Assembly (NCBI GenBank): GCA_037444665.1
Contig: JBBILZ010000002.1
Coordinates: 26,880 to 90,879 of the forward strand
Length of the DNA stretch: 64,000 bases
DNA from: a candidate division WOR-3 bacterium
GTDB taxonomy: Bacteria; Hydrothermota; Tepidihabitantia; SM23-42; JAOAFX01
Direction of reading: 5' to 3'
The position numbers were made by a program, and so were the translations under genes. The notes beneath the pieces are model-generated. The model made no database searches and was not told the origin of the DNA. It saw only the letters and a program-made list of their open reading frames with translations. The number at the start of each line of letters is the position of its first letter. The first letter of the stretch is position 1. Positions 17,877-27,874 of this stretch are shown piece by piece.

Positions 17877-20800
17877 ATGAAGAAAATAATTTTTGTCATT
17901 CTATTAATGGGCAGCATATTCATTGCCCAGGAGATGAACAATTACTGCACTGCACCACCTTTTGTAGGTGGCAAGACTGCGGTGGTAAAACCATATGTTT
18001 TATTGGTGCAGGATATGACCGGAAGTATGAGATTCTGGGCATACCATAACTGGGGCGAAGCTTATAATCCGAATTTTACATACTATGGGTATGCAAATCC
18101 GAGTTACACCTATGATTCCACGAATGTAGGTGGTTCTTGGTACTTTATCAAACACTCCGGCCCCGGGGATGGGAAATGGAGTGGTAACTGGATTAATTAT
18201 TACTTTATGACAAGAATTGATATTGCTCGTAAGGCATTTACAGGTGGAAAAGGAGTTGCCTATAATAATAAATCACGCCTTTTATTTGAACGACCAGCAC
18301 CTACAAGTAAGAAAACCTGGTATGGGATTGTAACGAGTGATTCTACTGAACGAACCACAGGTATTATCAGAGCGATTGCAGATGTTGATACGCCATATTA
18401 TCAATGGGACCCTGAGGCACCACGATTTGCCCTTTTAACTTTTTCAACCCATTTTAGGTTTTACGAAAGGGTCAAGTGTACATTTGATTCAAGTCTAATA
18501 AGATTACTCACTGTGCTTGAAAACCAGGATAACCAGAATCAACCTACTGGCGGAACACCAACCGGCAATGCAATATTTGAAGCAATACACTACCTCCGCT
18601 TTTTGAGTGGGCCACATTTCAGTCGGAGCCCGGTGAATTATTCCTGGAATGCCTCTTGGGTGGGAACACCGCGCGACCCCTGGTATGAAGTAGTGGGTGA
18701 TGATAGTGTATCAGTATCTTGCAGACCTATGTTTGCCATAGTGATCGGTGATGGTGGTTCAAATTCTGATGCCAGTTCTATCAATTGTTCTCACCTGACC
18801 TGGTATGCATCGCCTTATGGAGCAACCCACAATAGCTTCTGGAATTATGACCATGATGAAGATTATGCAAATAATCCGTATAATGGAATTGACCCTTACG
18901 ACGATTGTAGTGGGTGGAATAATCCCCGGGCACCCAATCCAATATATTTACATACAAGACCCGGAGATGATTATGCATATTATGCCCATGTGAATGATTT
19001 GAGGCCCGATATCCCTGATAATCAGACAATCAATTTCTATTCTATATATCTGTTTGCACGCGGGGAAGACAGTGATGCGGATTCTATATTATTCAGAAAG
19101 ATTGCAAAACATGGTGGTTTTATTGATTCAGACTTTCCAGGTTTTCCTGGTTATAAAAAGTATGACAAGCAAAGCGAGTATGATTCAAACAACGATGGCA
19201 GACCAGACCATTTCTTTTATGTCCAGGATGGGCAGCAGCTTGAGGATGCACTTGAGGAGATATTTGTAGATATTCATGCGATTTCAAGAGTGACAAGTGC
19301 TTCAGCCGCATCGGTCAGTGGTGGTGGTATGAAGGGTGCAGGGCTCCTTGTCAATGCCCAGTTTTGGCCCAGAATGGTATTACCAAGTTATGATTTAAAA
19401 TGGCTCGGAAGTGTGCAGTCCTTATGGGTTGATGACTCAGGGCTTGTGCGTGAAGAGACGCAGGGAAATTTGCGTCTGAATTTAAAACAGGATAATGTGG
19501 TAAAGATGTTCTTTTCAACTTCATATAATCAAACAATGGCCGCACGATTTGCTGATACTGCAGGTATTAGTATGGAATCACTATTGGTTCCCCTTGATAC
19601 AGTCCCGGTAGAAAGTCTTAATTTTATCTGGAATGCAGGTAGAATTCTGCGCACTACATTACCCGCAAACAGAACAATATACACAAATTTAAATGGCACA
19701 CTTTCACCTTTTACTACTGCAATTGATAGTATTAAACCTCATCTGGGATTTTACAGCGGAAATGCTGATTCCTGCGATAAATTGATAAATTATATCCGGG
19801 GGACAGATTATAGTCTGTGGCGGAGAAGACTTTTTACTGATAACAATGTATGGAAGCTCGGCGATATAATCTATTCCCAGCCCATGCTTGTTGGTTCGCC
19901 AGCAGAACTATATGATTTAATCTACAGCGACAATAGTTATAATGAATTCTGGAACCAGTATAAAGACCGCAGATTAGTTATTTACACTGGTGCAAATGAT
20001 GGCATGCTACACGCATTTAACTCAGGACTATATCAGAGACTGAGTGGTCCTTTTGAAATTGCAGAAATTGACCCCTTAGGTAAAACATTAGGACAGGAAC
20101 TCTGGGCATATATTCCTTTTAATCTTTTGCCTCATCTCAAATGGCTCAGGGATACTACTTACTGCCATGTCTGTTATGTTGATTTAAAACCATACCCTAC
20201 AGATGCGAGGATATTTACTGCAGATGCTGACCATCCGCAGGGATGGGGAACAATTCTAGTTGCTGGCATGCGTCAGGGTGGTTATCCAATAACGGTCGGC
20301 TCAAACACTTATCAGTCATCCTATTCCTGCCTGGATATTACCAATCCTGAAAGTGGCTCATATCCAAGGCTCCTCTGGGAATTTACCCGCAGTGATTTAG
20401 GGCTTACAATGTGTGTGCCTACCCTTGTCAAATTACAAAACACTTGGTATTTAGTCTTCGGGTCAGGCCCACAATCACTATTTGGTGAAGTCACCCAGCG
20501 GGGTAGAATATTTGTCCTAAATCCACTTACCGGTGATACTGTTCGCACCATCGTCCTCAATGATACCTGTGCAATCACCAATATCTTTGCAGCAGATTGG
20601 GGATTGAACTACTCTACAGAATTGATCTATTTTGGAACTTATGATAACCATCGCCGCGGAAAGATATATCGGATAATGACCCATGAAGATGCTAACCCCG
20701 GCACCTGGACCTATCAGCAAGTTATCAATCTAAATAAACCAATTACTGCCGAAGGCTCGGTTGCGACTGATGAATATGGTAGATTGTGGATATATTTTGG

Positions 20801-21434
20801 CAGTGGTAAATATCTTTCAAATCCTGACGCAGCAAATCAGGATACAATGGTCTTTATTGGTATAAAGGATGATACAACACTTGGCACACCAACAATTCCT
20901 GCTTTTACTTATAATGACCTTTTTGATGTAACAAATGTGAAGGTTTATGATGATTCCGTGACTGGCGCGGGTCCTGGAGTGGATACCTGGGATGAATTGG
21001 TTGATGCGGTTGGAGCAAAGCAGGGTTGGTTTATGAAATTCAATGACCCGCCAGGAGAGCGTGTGATAACCACGCCGGTGGTGCTTGGTGGTGCAGTTAT
21101 TTTCACCACATTCATTCCTACAGATACTACAGGTGGAGGCGCCACTGGTCCTGACCTGTGTATTGGTGGAAGTGGTGGACCATCATCGGGAAATCTCTGG
21201 GCAGTATATTACCTGACCGGCACTGCCTATAAAGAGGCAATCCTGGGCAAGAATGTCTCTGGTGAACATATAAAAAAGGTTGGTGTTGTTGGAGATCTAC
21301 CTTCAGAACCTTCACTTGTAATTGGACCAAAACAGGAAAAAGTATTTATTCAAACCTCAGGTGGTATAAAAGAGATTCAGACACCACTGCCTTATAATCC
21401 ACGCGGTGGTGTGATGTTATGGCGTGGCCGTTAA
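17877..21434 (+). CDS. PilY1/PilC pilus tip adhesin with vWA-like domain
   Basis: DMTGSM / GGTPTG / GDG MIDAS-like motifs; WKLGDIIYSQP, GANDGMLHAF, ELWAYIP beta-propeller. Confidence 0.9.
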   Translation: MKKIIFVILLMGSIFIAQEMNNYCTAPPFVGGKTAVVKPYVLLVQDMTGSMRFWAYHNWGEAYNPNFTYYGYANPSYTYDSTNVGGSWYFIKHSGPGDGKWSGNWINYYFMTRIDIARKAFTGGKGVAYNNKSRLLFERPAPTSKKTWYGIVTSDSTERTTGIIRAIADVDTPYYQWDPEAPRFALLTFSTHFRFYERVKCTFDSSLIRLLTVLENQDNQNQPTGGTPTGNAIFEAIHYLRFLSGPHFSRSPVNYSWNASWVGTPRDPWYEVVGDDSVSVSCRPMFAIVIGDGGSNSDASSINCSHLTWYASPYGATHNSFWNYDHDEDYANNPYNGIDPYDDCSGWNNPRAPNPIYLHTRPGDDYAYYAHVNDLRPDIPDNQTINFYSIYLFARGEDSDADSILFRKIAKHGGFIDSDFPGFPGYKKYDKQSEYDSNNDGRPDHFFYVQDGQQLEDALEEIFVDIHAISRVTSASAASVSGGGMKGAGLLVNAQFWPRMVLPSYDLKWLGSVQSLWVDDSGLVREETQGNLRLNLKQDNVVKMFFSTSYNQTMAARFADTAGISMESLLVPLDTVPVESLNFIWNAGRILRTTLPANRTIYTNLNGTLSPFTTAIDSIKPHLGFYSGNADSCDKLINYIRGTDYSLWRRRLFTDNNVWKLGDIIYSQPMLVGSPAELYDLIYSDNSYNEFWNQYKDRRLVIYTGANDGMLHAFNSGLYQRLSGPFEIAEIDPLGKTLGQELWAYIPFNLLPHLKWLRDTTYCHVCYVDLKPYPTDARIFTADADHPQGWGTILVAGMRQGGYPITVGSNTYQSSYSCLDITNPESGSYPRLLWEFTRSDLGLTMCVPTLVKLQNTWYLVFGSGPQSLFGEVTQRGRIFVLNPLTGDTVRTIVLNDTCAITNIFAADWGLNYSTELIYFGTYDNHRRGKIYRIMTHEDANPGTWTYQQVINLNKPITAEGSVATDEYGRLWIYFGSGKYLSNPDAANQDTMVFIGIKDDTTLGTPTIPAFTYNDLFDVTNVKVYDDSVTGAGPGVDTWDELVDAVGAKQGWFMKFNDPPGERVITTPVVLGGAVIFTTFIPTDTTGGGATGPDLCIGGSGGPSSGNLWAVYYLTGTAYKEAILGKNVSGEHIKKVGVVGDLPSEPSLVIGPKQEKVFIQTSGGIKEIQTPLPYNPRGGVMLWRGR

Positions 21435-21448
21435 TAAGGAGAGAAAAA

Positions 21449-21829
21449 ATGAAGTTGATCAATTTAATTTTGTTAATTCCAGTCATTCTTATCGCACAGG
21501 AAGCAATAGATAAACCTGTGGACAAAATAGAATACTTTGAAAAGGATGCTGACTGGCTTGTGCCTTCAGAGATAGGGACAATTCTTGAAATAAAAGGTGA
21601 TTCTATAAACTATGAAGAGGCGTGGATGCGAATAATACCAAACAGAACTGTAATTACTGATAGGTCAGGCAACACGCTCAGCATTGAAAAACTTCAGGCT
21701 CCCTGTAAGGTAGAGATCAGTTTCTTTGGAAAAGGAAAACATAAATTCATCATCTCCATAAAACTGTTGAAGCAACTTCAGTATACATCAGATGGTTACA
21801 TAATCGGTGACGAAACGATAACTGAATGA
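21449..21829 (+). CDS. Secreted hypothetical protein
   Basis: AAGGAG RBS, signal peptide MKLINLILLIPVILIA. Confidence 0.7.
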   Translation: MKLINLILLIPVILIAQEAIDKPVDKIEYFEKDADWLVPSEIGTILEIKGDSINYEEAWMRIIPNRTVITDRSGNTLSIEKLQAPCKVEISFFGKGKHKFIISIKLLKQLQYTSDGYIIGDETITE

Positions 21830-21837
21830 TATTATCA

Positions 21838-21880
21838 AGGGGGCAGGCTCTGTTTAGGATTTAAACATAGCATGCCCCCT
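21838..21880. terminator. Long imperfect hairpin after the pilin operon
   Basis: agggggcaggctctgttta...taaacatagcatgccccct. Confidence 0.55.
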
Positions 21881-21933
21881 CTTGACTTCATAAAAACTCT
21901 GGTTATAATATCCAATGTTATCTGGAGGTTCTG

Positions 21934-22839
21934 GTGAAAAAAGATAGATTATTATCTGTTTTAATATTATTATCATTAGTAATCGCTTGCGGTGGAGGAA
22001 AAAAAGAAGAACACGGAGGCAAAAATGTTCCACCTGAAATTAAAGATATAGCAATATTGCCTGCTAATCCAACATTAGGTTCAAGATTAATCCTCCGTAT
22101 AAATGCCTATGACAAAGATGGCGACGATATAAACTTTTTGGTCAATTGGTATGTAAATGATACAAGGATTGGAGAGGGGATTGAATTCTATGCAGAAAAT
22201 GTGAGAAAAGGAGATAAGATTTTTGCCGAGGTGACACCGTATGATGGAAAAGAAAAGGGTGCGACTAAAAGGAGTGATGCAGTTATCGTTGGTAATGCCC
22301 CACCACAAATAAAGTCGGTAAAAATATCCCCTGATAGTATTCTCACCTCAACAGATGAACTGACAGTTTCAGGAGAAGGTTTTGACCCTGATGGTGATTC
22401 ATTAAGGTGGGTTTGCTACTGGACCTTTAATTATACAAATCGGCTCCCTGATTCATCCACCACCCTTAAATTAAAAAATTTAAAAATAAAAAAAGGCGAC
22501 CGATTATCTGCAGAATTATATGCATTTGATGGTGATACTGTTTCAAATCCTTATGTCCTGCAAATAGATATTGTTAACTCACCACCTGTTTTGAAAGAAG
22601 GATTAGATTCTATACCATATAAACCTGATAGCATATATTATAAAGTTCCCATCATTGACCCGGATGGAGATGAACTCAGTTTTGAATTGTTGAAATCACC
22701 TTTAGGATTGAAAATTGATAAAAAGACAGGTGTGATTTCTGGTGTCGTTGAAGCAAATATGAACTTTGAGGTTCTGGTTCGGGCAACAGACGGTGATGGT
22801 GCATATTTGGATGCGAAATTTACACTGACTGCACCGTAA
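21934..22839 (+). CDS. Lipoprotein with tandem Ig/cadherin-like domains
   Basis: VIAC lipobox; repeated N.PP / D.DGD motifs; C-terminal He_PIG-like (GLKIDKKTGVISG); promoter TTGACT-N16-TATAAT at 21882-21909. Confidence 0.78.
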   Translation: MKKDRLLSVLILLSLVIACGGGKKEEHGGKNVPPEIKDIAILPANPTLGSRLILRINAYDKDGDDINFLVNWYVNDTRIGEGIEFYAENVRKGDKIFAEVTPYDGKEKGATKRSDAVIVGNAPPQIKSVKISPDSILTSTDELTVSGEGFDPDGDSLRWVCYWTFNYTNRLPDSSTTLKLKNLKIKKGDRLSAELYAFDGDTVSNPYVLQIDIVNSPPVLKEGLDSIPYKPDSIYYKVPIIDPDGDELSFELLKSPLGLKIDKKTGVISGVVEANMNFEVLVRATDGDGAYLDAKFTLTAP

Positions 22840-22920
22840 AAAGATCAAGGGTTAGCAAGGATAATCAAGGGGTATCAGGGGTTATTAAGTGTTATTAAAG
22901 ATAATAAAAAGGTTAAGAAA

Positions 22921-23673
22921 TTGAGATTTAAAAAATTGGAAATTGGGATTTGCTTGGTATTTGGTATTTGGTCCGCCACGCCGGGTGGTGGATTGGGATT
23001 TTCTCAAACATTGGTTTTTCAATCTGGTGATACACTCAAGTTTTATAAGAATGATAGCATCGTTGACCAGTGGATTCTTGAAAATAAAGAAGACGCTTCT
23101 TATTATTTGTTACAGAAGGCAAAACTTGCCCAGGATAACAAATCTTTTTTGCTTTACGAAGAGAAAAAATTCATAGAAAAGGATAGTACTATTACAATAA
23201 TCAGCCTTTATAAAGCAGACAAAAAGAAAATCTGGACGAGGACAAAGGGTGGCACAGAAAAGTTCTCTTTTGATTTAACAAAAATTTATCCTGAGAGAGT
23301 AATTCTTTTTATTACTGACACATACAATTCTTCACCGAGAATGGAGATTCTTAAAGAAAAAGAACCAAAAAAGACATTGAATCTTAAGGAGTGGAGCGGA
23401 ATTGTAAATTATGAAGTTTCGCCAAATGGAAGATATATTATTTTCCACGCAAAAAAACCTTATAATAACAAACTATGGGATTATATATATTTTATTGATT
23501 TAAATACAAATAAGTCCTGGGAATATCTATTTCCAATATGCTTTTCCTGCAAAAGAGGCAGGATTAATTTGAAGATTGATGACGAGGGAAAGAGTGAGGT
23601 AGTATATAAAAACGAACATAGAATATTTGATAAAGAAGGAAATTTGGTGGATGTATTTGTGAAACTTGATTAA
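22921..23673 (+). CDS. Exported hypothetical protein with repeat-derived N-terminus
   Basis: 250-aa ORF; VSPNGRYII beta-propeller-like strand; CFSC motif. Confidence 0.7.
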   Translation: MRFKKLEIGICLVFGIWSATPGGGLGFSQTLVFQSGDTLKFYKNDSIVDQWILENKEDASYYLLQKAKLAQDNKSFLLYEEKKFIEKDSTITIISLYKADKKKIWTRTKGGTEKFSFDLTKIYPERVILFITDTYNSSPRMEILKEKEPKKTLNLKEWSGIVNYEVSPNGRYIIFHAKKPYNNKLWDYIYFIDLNTNKSWEYLFPICFSCKRGRINLKIDDEGKSEVVYKNEHRIFDKEGNLVDVFVKLD

Positions 23674-23683
23674 AACAAATAAC

Positions 23684-23776
23684 GCAAAAATCAACTCTTT
23701 TCCGCCTGCCAGAAAAATGTTGATTTTTGCTCATTTTTCAACCATTCTCTGCCAGCCAAAAATTTGTTAATTTTGT
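23684..23776 (+). repeat. Left composite REP-like repeat of the RAYT gene
   Basis: Hairpin gcaaaaatcaac...gcctgcc...gttgatttttgc plus a second degenerate unit; direct repeat of 24683-24787. Confidence 0.85.
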
Positions 23777-23820
23777 ATTGACAAACCTCCAAATCCGATT
23801 ATAATGTTCCTGAAAAAATT

Positions 23821-24684
23821 ATGAGTAGACATCCTGTAAGAATCTCAGGTGAGAATCTTTACCATCACATCTTTGCCTGGGGCAATGACCGCCATCCTGT
23901 CTTCAGGTCAGCGTATCATTTTCAAAAATATCTCGGTCTATTAGAAAGTGAATCAACAAAGTTCAATGTAGAAGTAATCGCCTATGCTCTTATGGAGTGG
24001 CATATCCATCTATTTATCTTCGACCAGATGAATAAGATCTCAGAATTTATGGAAAACCTACATGGTAAATATGCCATATTTTTTAATAAAGAGACAGGTC
24101 GCGTTGGACATGTTTTTGGTGAACGCTATAACAATATAATTGTCCAGCCAAATATCTATGCCTTGTGGCTTTCCCGTTACATCCATCGCCAAGCCGTAGA
24201 AGCAGGTATTGTTAACAATCCAATTGATTATCCTTGGACAAGTTATCGCCAATATATTGGCTTGGAACCAATAAAATTTATAAAACCTCAGATAATTCTT
24301 GAGCAATTTGGCAATTCCAGTAAGAGTCTTAAAGAAATTGCTCAAAATTATAAAGATTTTGTACTTGATAAACAAGAAGAAACACAGATAGATTGGAATG
24401 ATACAAGAATCAGGATTATCGGAGATTTAGACTATACAAAGGCGCTGACAAAGAGATTAGAAATCACCAAAAAACCAAGGATTGTTAAAGAAATCGTATT
24501 AAAAGAACTCAGTAAAAAATTGAATTGCACTGGTGACCAGCTTCTCGCACCAAGGGGAATAGAAGAGAAAAGATTGAGGCGAACGGCAGTAAATATTCTG
24601 GCGAAGGAATATGGGATGAAAATTATTGATATCGCCCGGCTATTAAAAATCTCACGTTTTACAGTAATGAAAATAATCGGTTAA
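23821..24684 (+). mobile_element. REP-associated tyrosine transposase (RAYT, Y1 HUH) with C-terminal HTH
   Basis: YHHIFAWGN, HUH (WHIHL), GHVFGERY, RYIH, YPWTSY; HTH IIDIARLLKISRFTV; flanked by repeats. Confidence 0.88.
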
Positions 24685-24787
24685 AAATCAACATTTTCCT
24701 GCCTGCCAGAAAAGTGTTGATTTTTGCTCATTTTTCAACTATTCTTTGCCTGGCAGGAAATGCGGCAGGAAATGGTTGGTTTTTGTG
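24683..24787 (+). repeat. Right composite REP-like repeat of the RAYT gene
   Basis: aaaaatcaacattttcctgcctgccagaaaagtgttgatttttgctcatttttcaac..., near-identical to the left copy over ~65 bp. Confidence 0.85.
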
Positions 24788-24797
24788 TTTATATGTT

Positions 24798-25208
24798 TTA
24801 AAATGCAGATTGGATGGCCAGTGTTGATAGCACACCTAAAATAAATACTCCTCCTAAACAACCAAGAACCTTTAATTTTGCTTTGCCCGGTGCAGATTTT
24901 ACTGCCTGATAATTCAAATCAACAATTGTTTCTCTATCCGATTCTATCCTCACCTTTACAATTCCTTCGCCATATTTTGCAATTCGCCATAAAGCACCGA
25001 GATTGCCGTTTTTAAATTGATAGGATGCGGTCTCAATAGAATCCTGAGGAAAGAAACCAACATTATATTCGTCAGGCTTTAATGGATATTTGATTATCGG
25101 CGTCTTACCAATAAAATCGTCATCAACAAAGATAGAGAGTCCTTCTTTTTCTGCCCGAACAGTTAAATAGCCATCATTTAATTGCAGGAATATTATAAGT
25201 ATTAACAT
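24798..25208 (-). CDS. PEGA-domain membrane protein
   Basis: GYLTV..IFVDDDFIGKTP; C-terminal TM helix. Confidence 0.7.
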   Translation of the reverse strand: MLILIIFLQLNDGYLTVRAEKEGLSIFVDDDFIGKTPIIKYPLKPDEYNVGFFPQDSIETASYQFKNGNLGALWRIAKYGEGIVKVRIESDRETIVDLNYQAVKSAPGKAKLKVLGCLGGVFILGVLSTLAIQSAF

Positions 25209-25291
25209 AATTTTATTATACCTAAAAATATTCCCGGGTCAAGACAGGATAGGAATTATTGACACTACTCTTTATTTTTGTATAATTTTAT

Positions 25292-25969
25292 ATGGATATA
25301 AAGGAAAATATCAGAATATTAAAAGAACGGATTGAAAAAACAGCGGTCAGGGTCGGTCGTAATCCAGATGAGATAACAATCATTGCGGTCACGAAAACAG
25401 TTCCTGCACAAATCATACTTCAGGCAATTGATTGTGGTATAAATATAATTGGTGAGAATCGTGTGCAGGAAGCGAAAGAAAAGTTTCCCATTATCGGTAA
25501 TCGTGTGCAATGGCATATGGTTGGACATCTGCAGACCAATAAAGTAAAAGATGCGTTAAAGATATTTTCCCTTATCCATAGTCTTGATTCTATTAAACTT
25601 GCTGAAGAGATTGAGAAAAGGGCAGAAACAACCATTGACTGCCTTATTGAAGTGAATACCTCGTCCGAACCAACAAAATTTGGTATAAAACCTGAAGAGT
25701 TATTTAATTTTTACGAATCATTAAAAAATTTCAAAAAAATAAATGTCCTCGGTTTGATGACCATTGGTCCGGGCTGGGCAATCACTGAACCTGAGGCTTC
25801 GCGCAACCCTTTTAAATTATTGCACGACCTGCGCGACGAACTTGCCCAGGCATTTGACCGAGATTTTCCAATTTTATCAATGGGAATGACTTCAGATTTT
25901 GAGGTAGCAATTGAAGAAGGTGCAAATATGATAAGGATTGGTACTGCTATCTTTGGACCGAGAAAATAA
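25292..25969 (+). CDS. yggS: PLP homeostasis protein
   Basis: IAVTKT, GENRVQE, WHMVGHLQTNK, LSMGMTSDFE, IRIGTAIFG. Confidence 0.95.
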   Translation: MDIKENIRILKERIEKTAVRVGRNPDEITIIAVTKTVPAQIILQAIDCGINIIGENRVQEAKEKFPIIGNRVQWHMVGHLQTNKVKDALKIFSLIHSLDSIKLAEEIEKRAETTIDCLIEVNTSSEPTKFGIKPEELFNFYESLKNFKKINVLGLMTIGPGWAITEPEASRNPFKLLHDLRDELAQAFDRDFPILSMGMTSDFEVAIEEGANMIRIGTAIFGPRK

Positions 25970-25970
25970 A

Positions 25971-27455
25971 ATGGAAGACCAGAAAAAATGTATTGAAGAA
26001 ATAAATTGCCTGAATCAGTGGCGGAGTTATCAGAGTACACTCTCTTTTATCCTCTATGTAGCAATAAAGAGATTGTTTCCTGACTCACATCTGCGTATTG
26101 AACATTCAATAAGTCAGGGTTTTTATTGCCTGCTTAATCATCCGATTCATGATAAGGAGCTAATGGCAATTGATTTAATGATGCGCGAAATCATCAAAGC
26201 AGATATTCCCATAAAAAAGTTTATTTTATCCAAGCCAAAGGCAATCAAGTTATTTGAACAACAGAAACAGAAAGACAAGGTCAGATTCTTGAGAAACATC
26301 AATATTAGCAAGATTGTAGTATACTCGCTTGATGGCTACTATGGTTTATATCCGAATCCACCATTTGAAAGAACCACAATGGTAGATAAATTTTATCTTA
26401 CAAATTTTCCACCAGGATTTATTATTGTTTTTCCCTGCTGGCATAATCTTGATTCACTACCCCCTTATATTCCCCAGCCTAAACTTGCCCGTATATTTAA
26501 CGAATATCTTAACTGGGTTCAAATTCTCGGCATTACTGATATTGCTGATTTAAATCAGGCAATAAGGTCTGGTCAGGGCTCAGATATTATCAGGGTGAGT
26601 GAGGCTCTCCATGAAAAGAAGATTGTCTATATTGCTGACCGTATTACATCAGAAAAGAAAAGGGTCGTTCTGATTGCAGGACCAAGCAGTTCAGGAAAGA
26701 CAACCTTTACAAAGAGGCTGGCAGTGCAATTAATGGTCAATGGCTACAGGCCAATTATGGTCTCCACTGATGACTACTTTCTGCCACACAATAAAACGCC
26801 GAGGGATAAATTTGGCAGATTGGACTTTGAATCAATCAGGGCTGTGGATATCCCTTTATTGAATAAACATTTACTCTCTATTATTAAAGGTGAAAGAATC
26901 CTCATGCCGAAATTCAATTTTACTACGGGTCAACGTATCAAAGGCAGGGATGTTCAACTTCCTAAAAATGGCATTGTTATGGTTGAAGGGATACACTGTT
27001 TGAATGAAGAATTAACACCACACATTCCAAAATCCATAAAATTCAAAATTTATATAAGTGCCCTTACCCAGCTCAATATTGATGACCAGAATCGTATCTC
27101 AACGACCGACACCAGGATGATGCGGAGAATAGTCCGTGATACACATTATCGTGGTTATACTGTTCAGGGTGTCCTCATTCAGTGGGGCAGGGTAAGAATA
27201 GGTGAAGAACAGAATATCTATCCATTCCAGGAAGAAGCAGACGAGATGTTCAATTCGGCACTGATTTATGAATCTGCTGTTTTAAAAAAATATTGTGTTC
27301 CAATCTTAACAAAGATTAAAAAGGGTAATCCTTTATATCAAGAAGCAAAAAGATTGCAGGATTATTTTGCATTGTTTTATGATTTGCCAGACCGAGATGT
27401 GCCATCAAATTCAATCTTAAGGGAATTCATTGGCGGTAGCTCGTTCGTGTATTAG
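25971..27455 (+). CDS. Nucleoside (uridine) kinase with ThrRS-like N-terminal domain
   Basis: IEHSISQGFYC, EALHEKKI, Walker A AGPSSSGKTT, EGIHCLN, SILREFIGGS. Confidence 0.85.
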   Translation: MEDQKKCIEEINCLNQWRSYQSTLSFILYVAIKRLFPDSHLRIEHSISQGFYCLLNHPIHDKELMAIDLMMREIIKADIPIKKFILSKPKAIKLFEQQKQKDKVRFLRNINISKIVVYSLDGYYGLYPNPPFERTTMVDKFYLTNFPPGFIIVFPCWHNLDSLPPYIPQPKLARIFNEYLNWVQILGITDIADLNQAIRSGQGSDIIRVSEALHEKKIVYIADRITSEKKRVVLIAGPSSSGKTTFTKRLAVQLMVNGYRPIMVSTDDYFLPHNKTPRDKFGRLDFESIRAVDIPLLNKHLLSIIKGERILMPKFNFTTGQRIKGRDVQLPKNGIVMVEGIHCLNEELTPHIPKSIKFKIYISALTQLNIDDQNRISTTDTRMMRRIVRDTHYRGYTVQGVLIQWGRVRIGEEQNIYPFQEEADEMFNSALIYESAVLKKYCVPILTKIKKGNPLYQEAKRLQDYFALFYDLPDRDVPSNSILREFIGGSSFVY

Positions 27456-27622
27456 ATACAATCTAAATCAATTATTCGCTACTTACTATCTACTACTTAC
27501 TACTTACTATTTCACCTACTGCCCTTCCCTATCCACATAGGATTACAACTTCATTTTTTTTTCTTTGTCTCTGAGTCCTCTCCACTTTTCTGACTTATCG
27601 GCTGGCTTTTGCCAACATAGAA

Positions 27623-27650
27623 TGCCTCATAAATGAGGCAACTACAAAAA
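27623..27650 (-). repeat. GTAG-type REP-like palindrome (copy 1)
   Basis: Reverse complement tttttgtagttgcctcatttatgaggca; near-identical to 44246-44273. Confidence 0.7.
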
Positions 27651-27754
27651 TTTCTAAAAATATAAGCGAGAGTAAAAGTGGGGAGGACTCAGTTTGTTTT
27701 ATCCGTCTTGACATTCGGTGATTTTTTTATATAATAGGATATTAACGACATCAC

Positions 27755-27829
27755 GGGGTCGTAGTTCAGCATGGTTAGAACGCCTGCCTGTCACGCAGGA
27801 GGTCGCGAGTTCAAGTCTCGTCGGCCCCG
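27755..27829 (+). tRNA. tRNA-Asp(GTC), CCA not encoded
   Basis: Acceptor ggggtcg/cggcccc, anticodon arm cctgc-ctGTCac-gcagg, T-loop gttcaagtc; promoter TTGACA-N16-TATAAT at 27708-27735. Confidence 0.95.
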
Positions 27830-27874
27830 TTTTTATACCACTTGACACAAATAACATTATAGTTATAATTGTCA

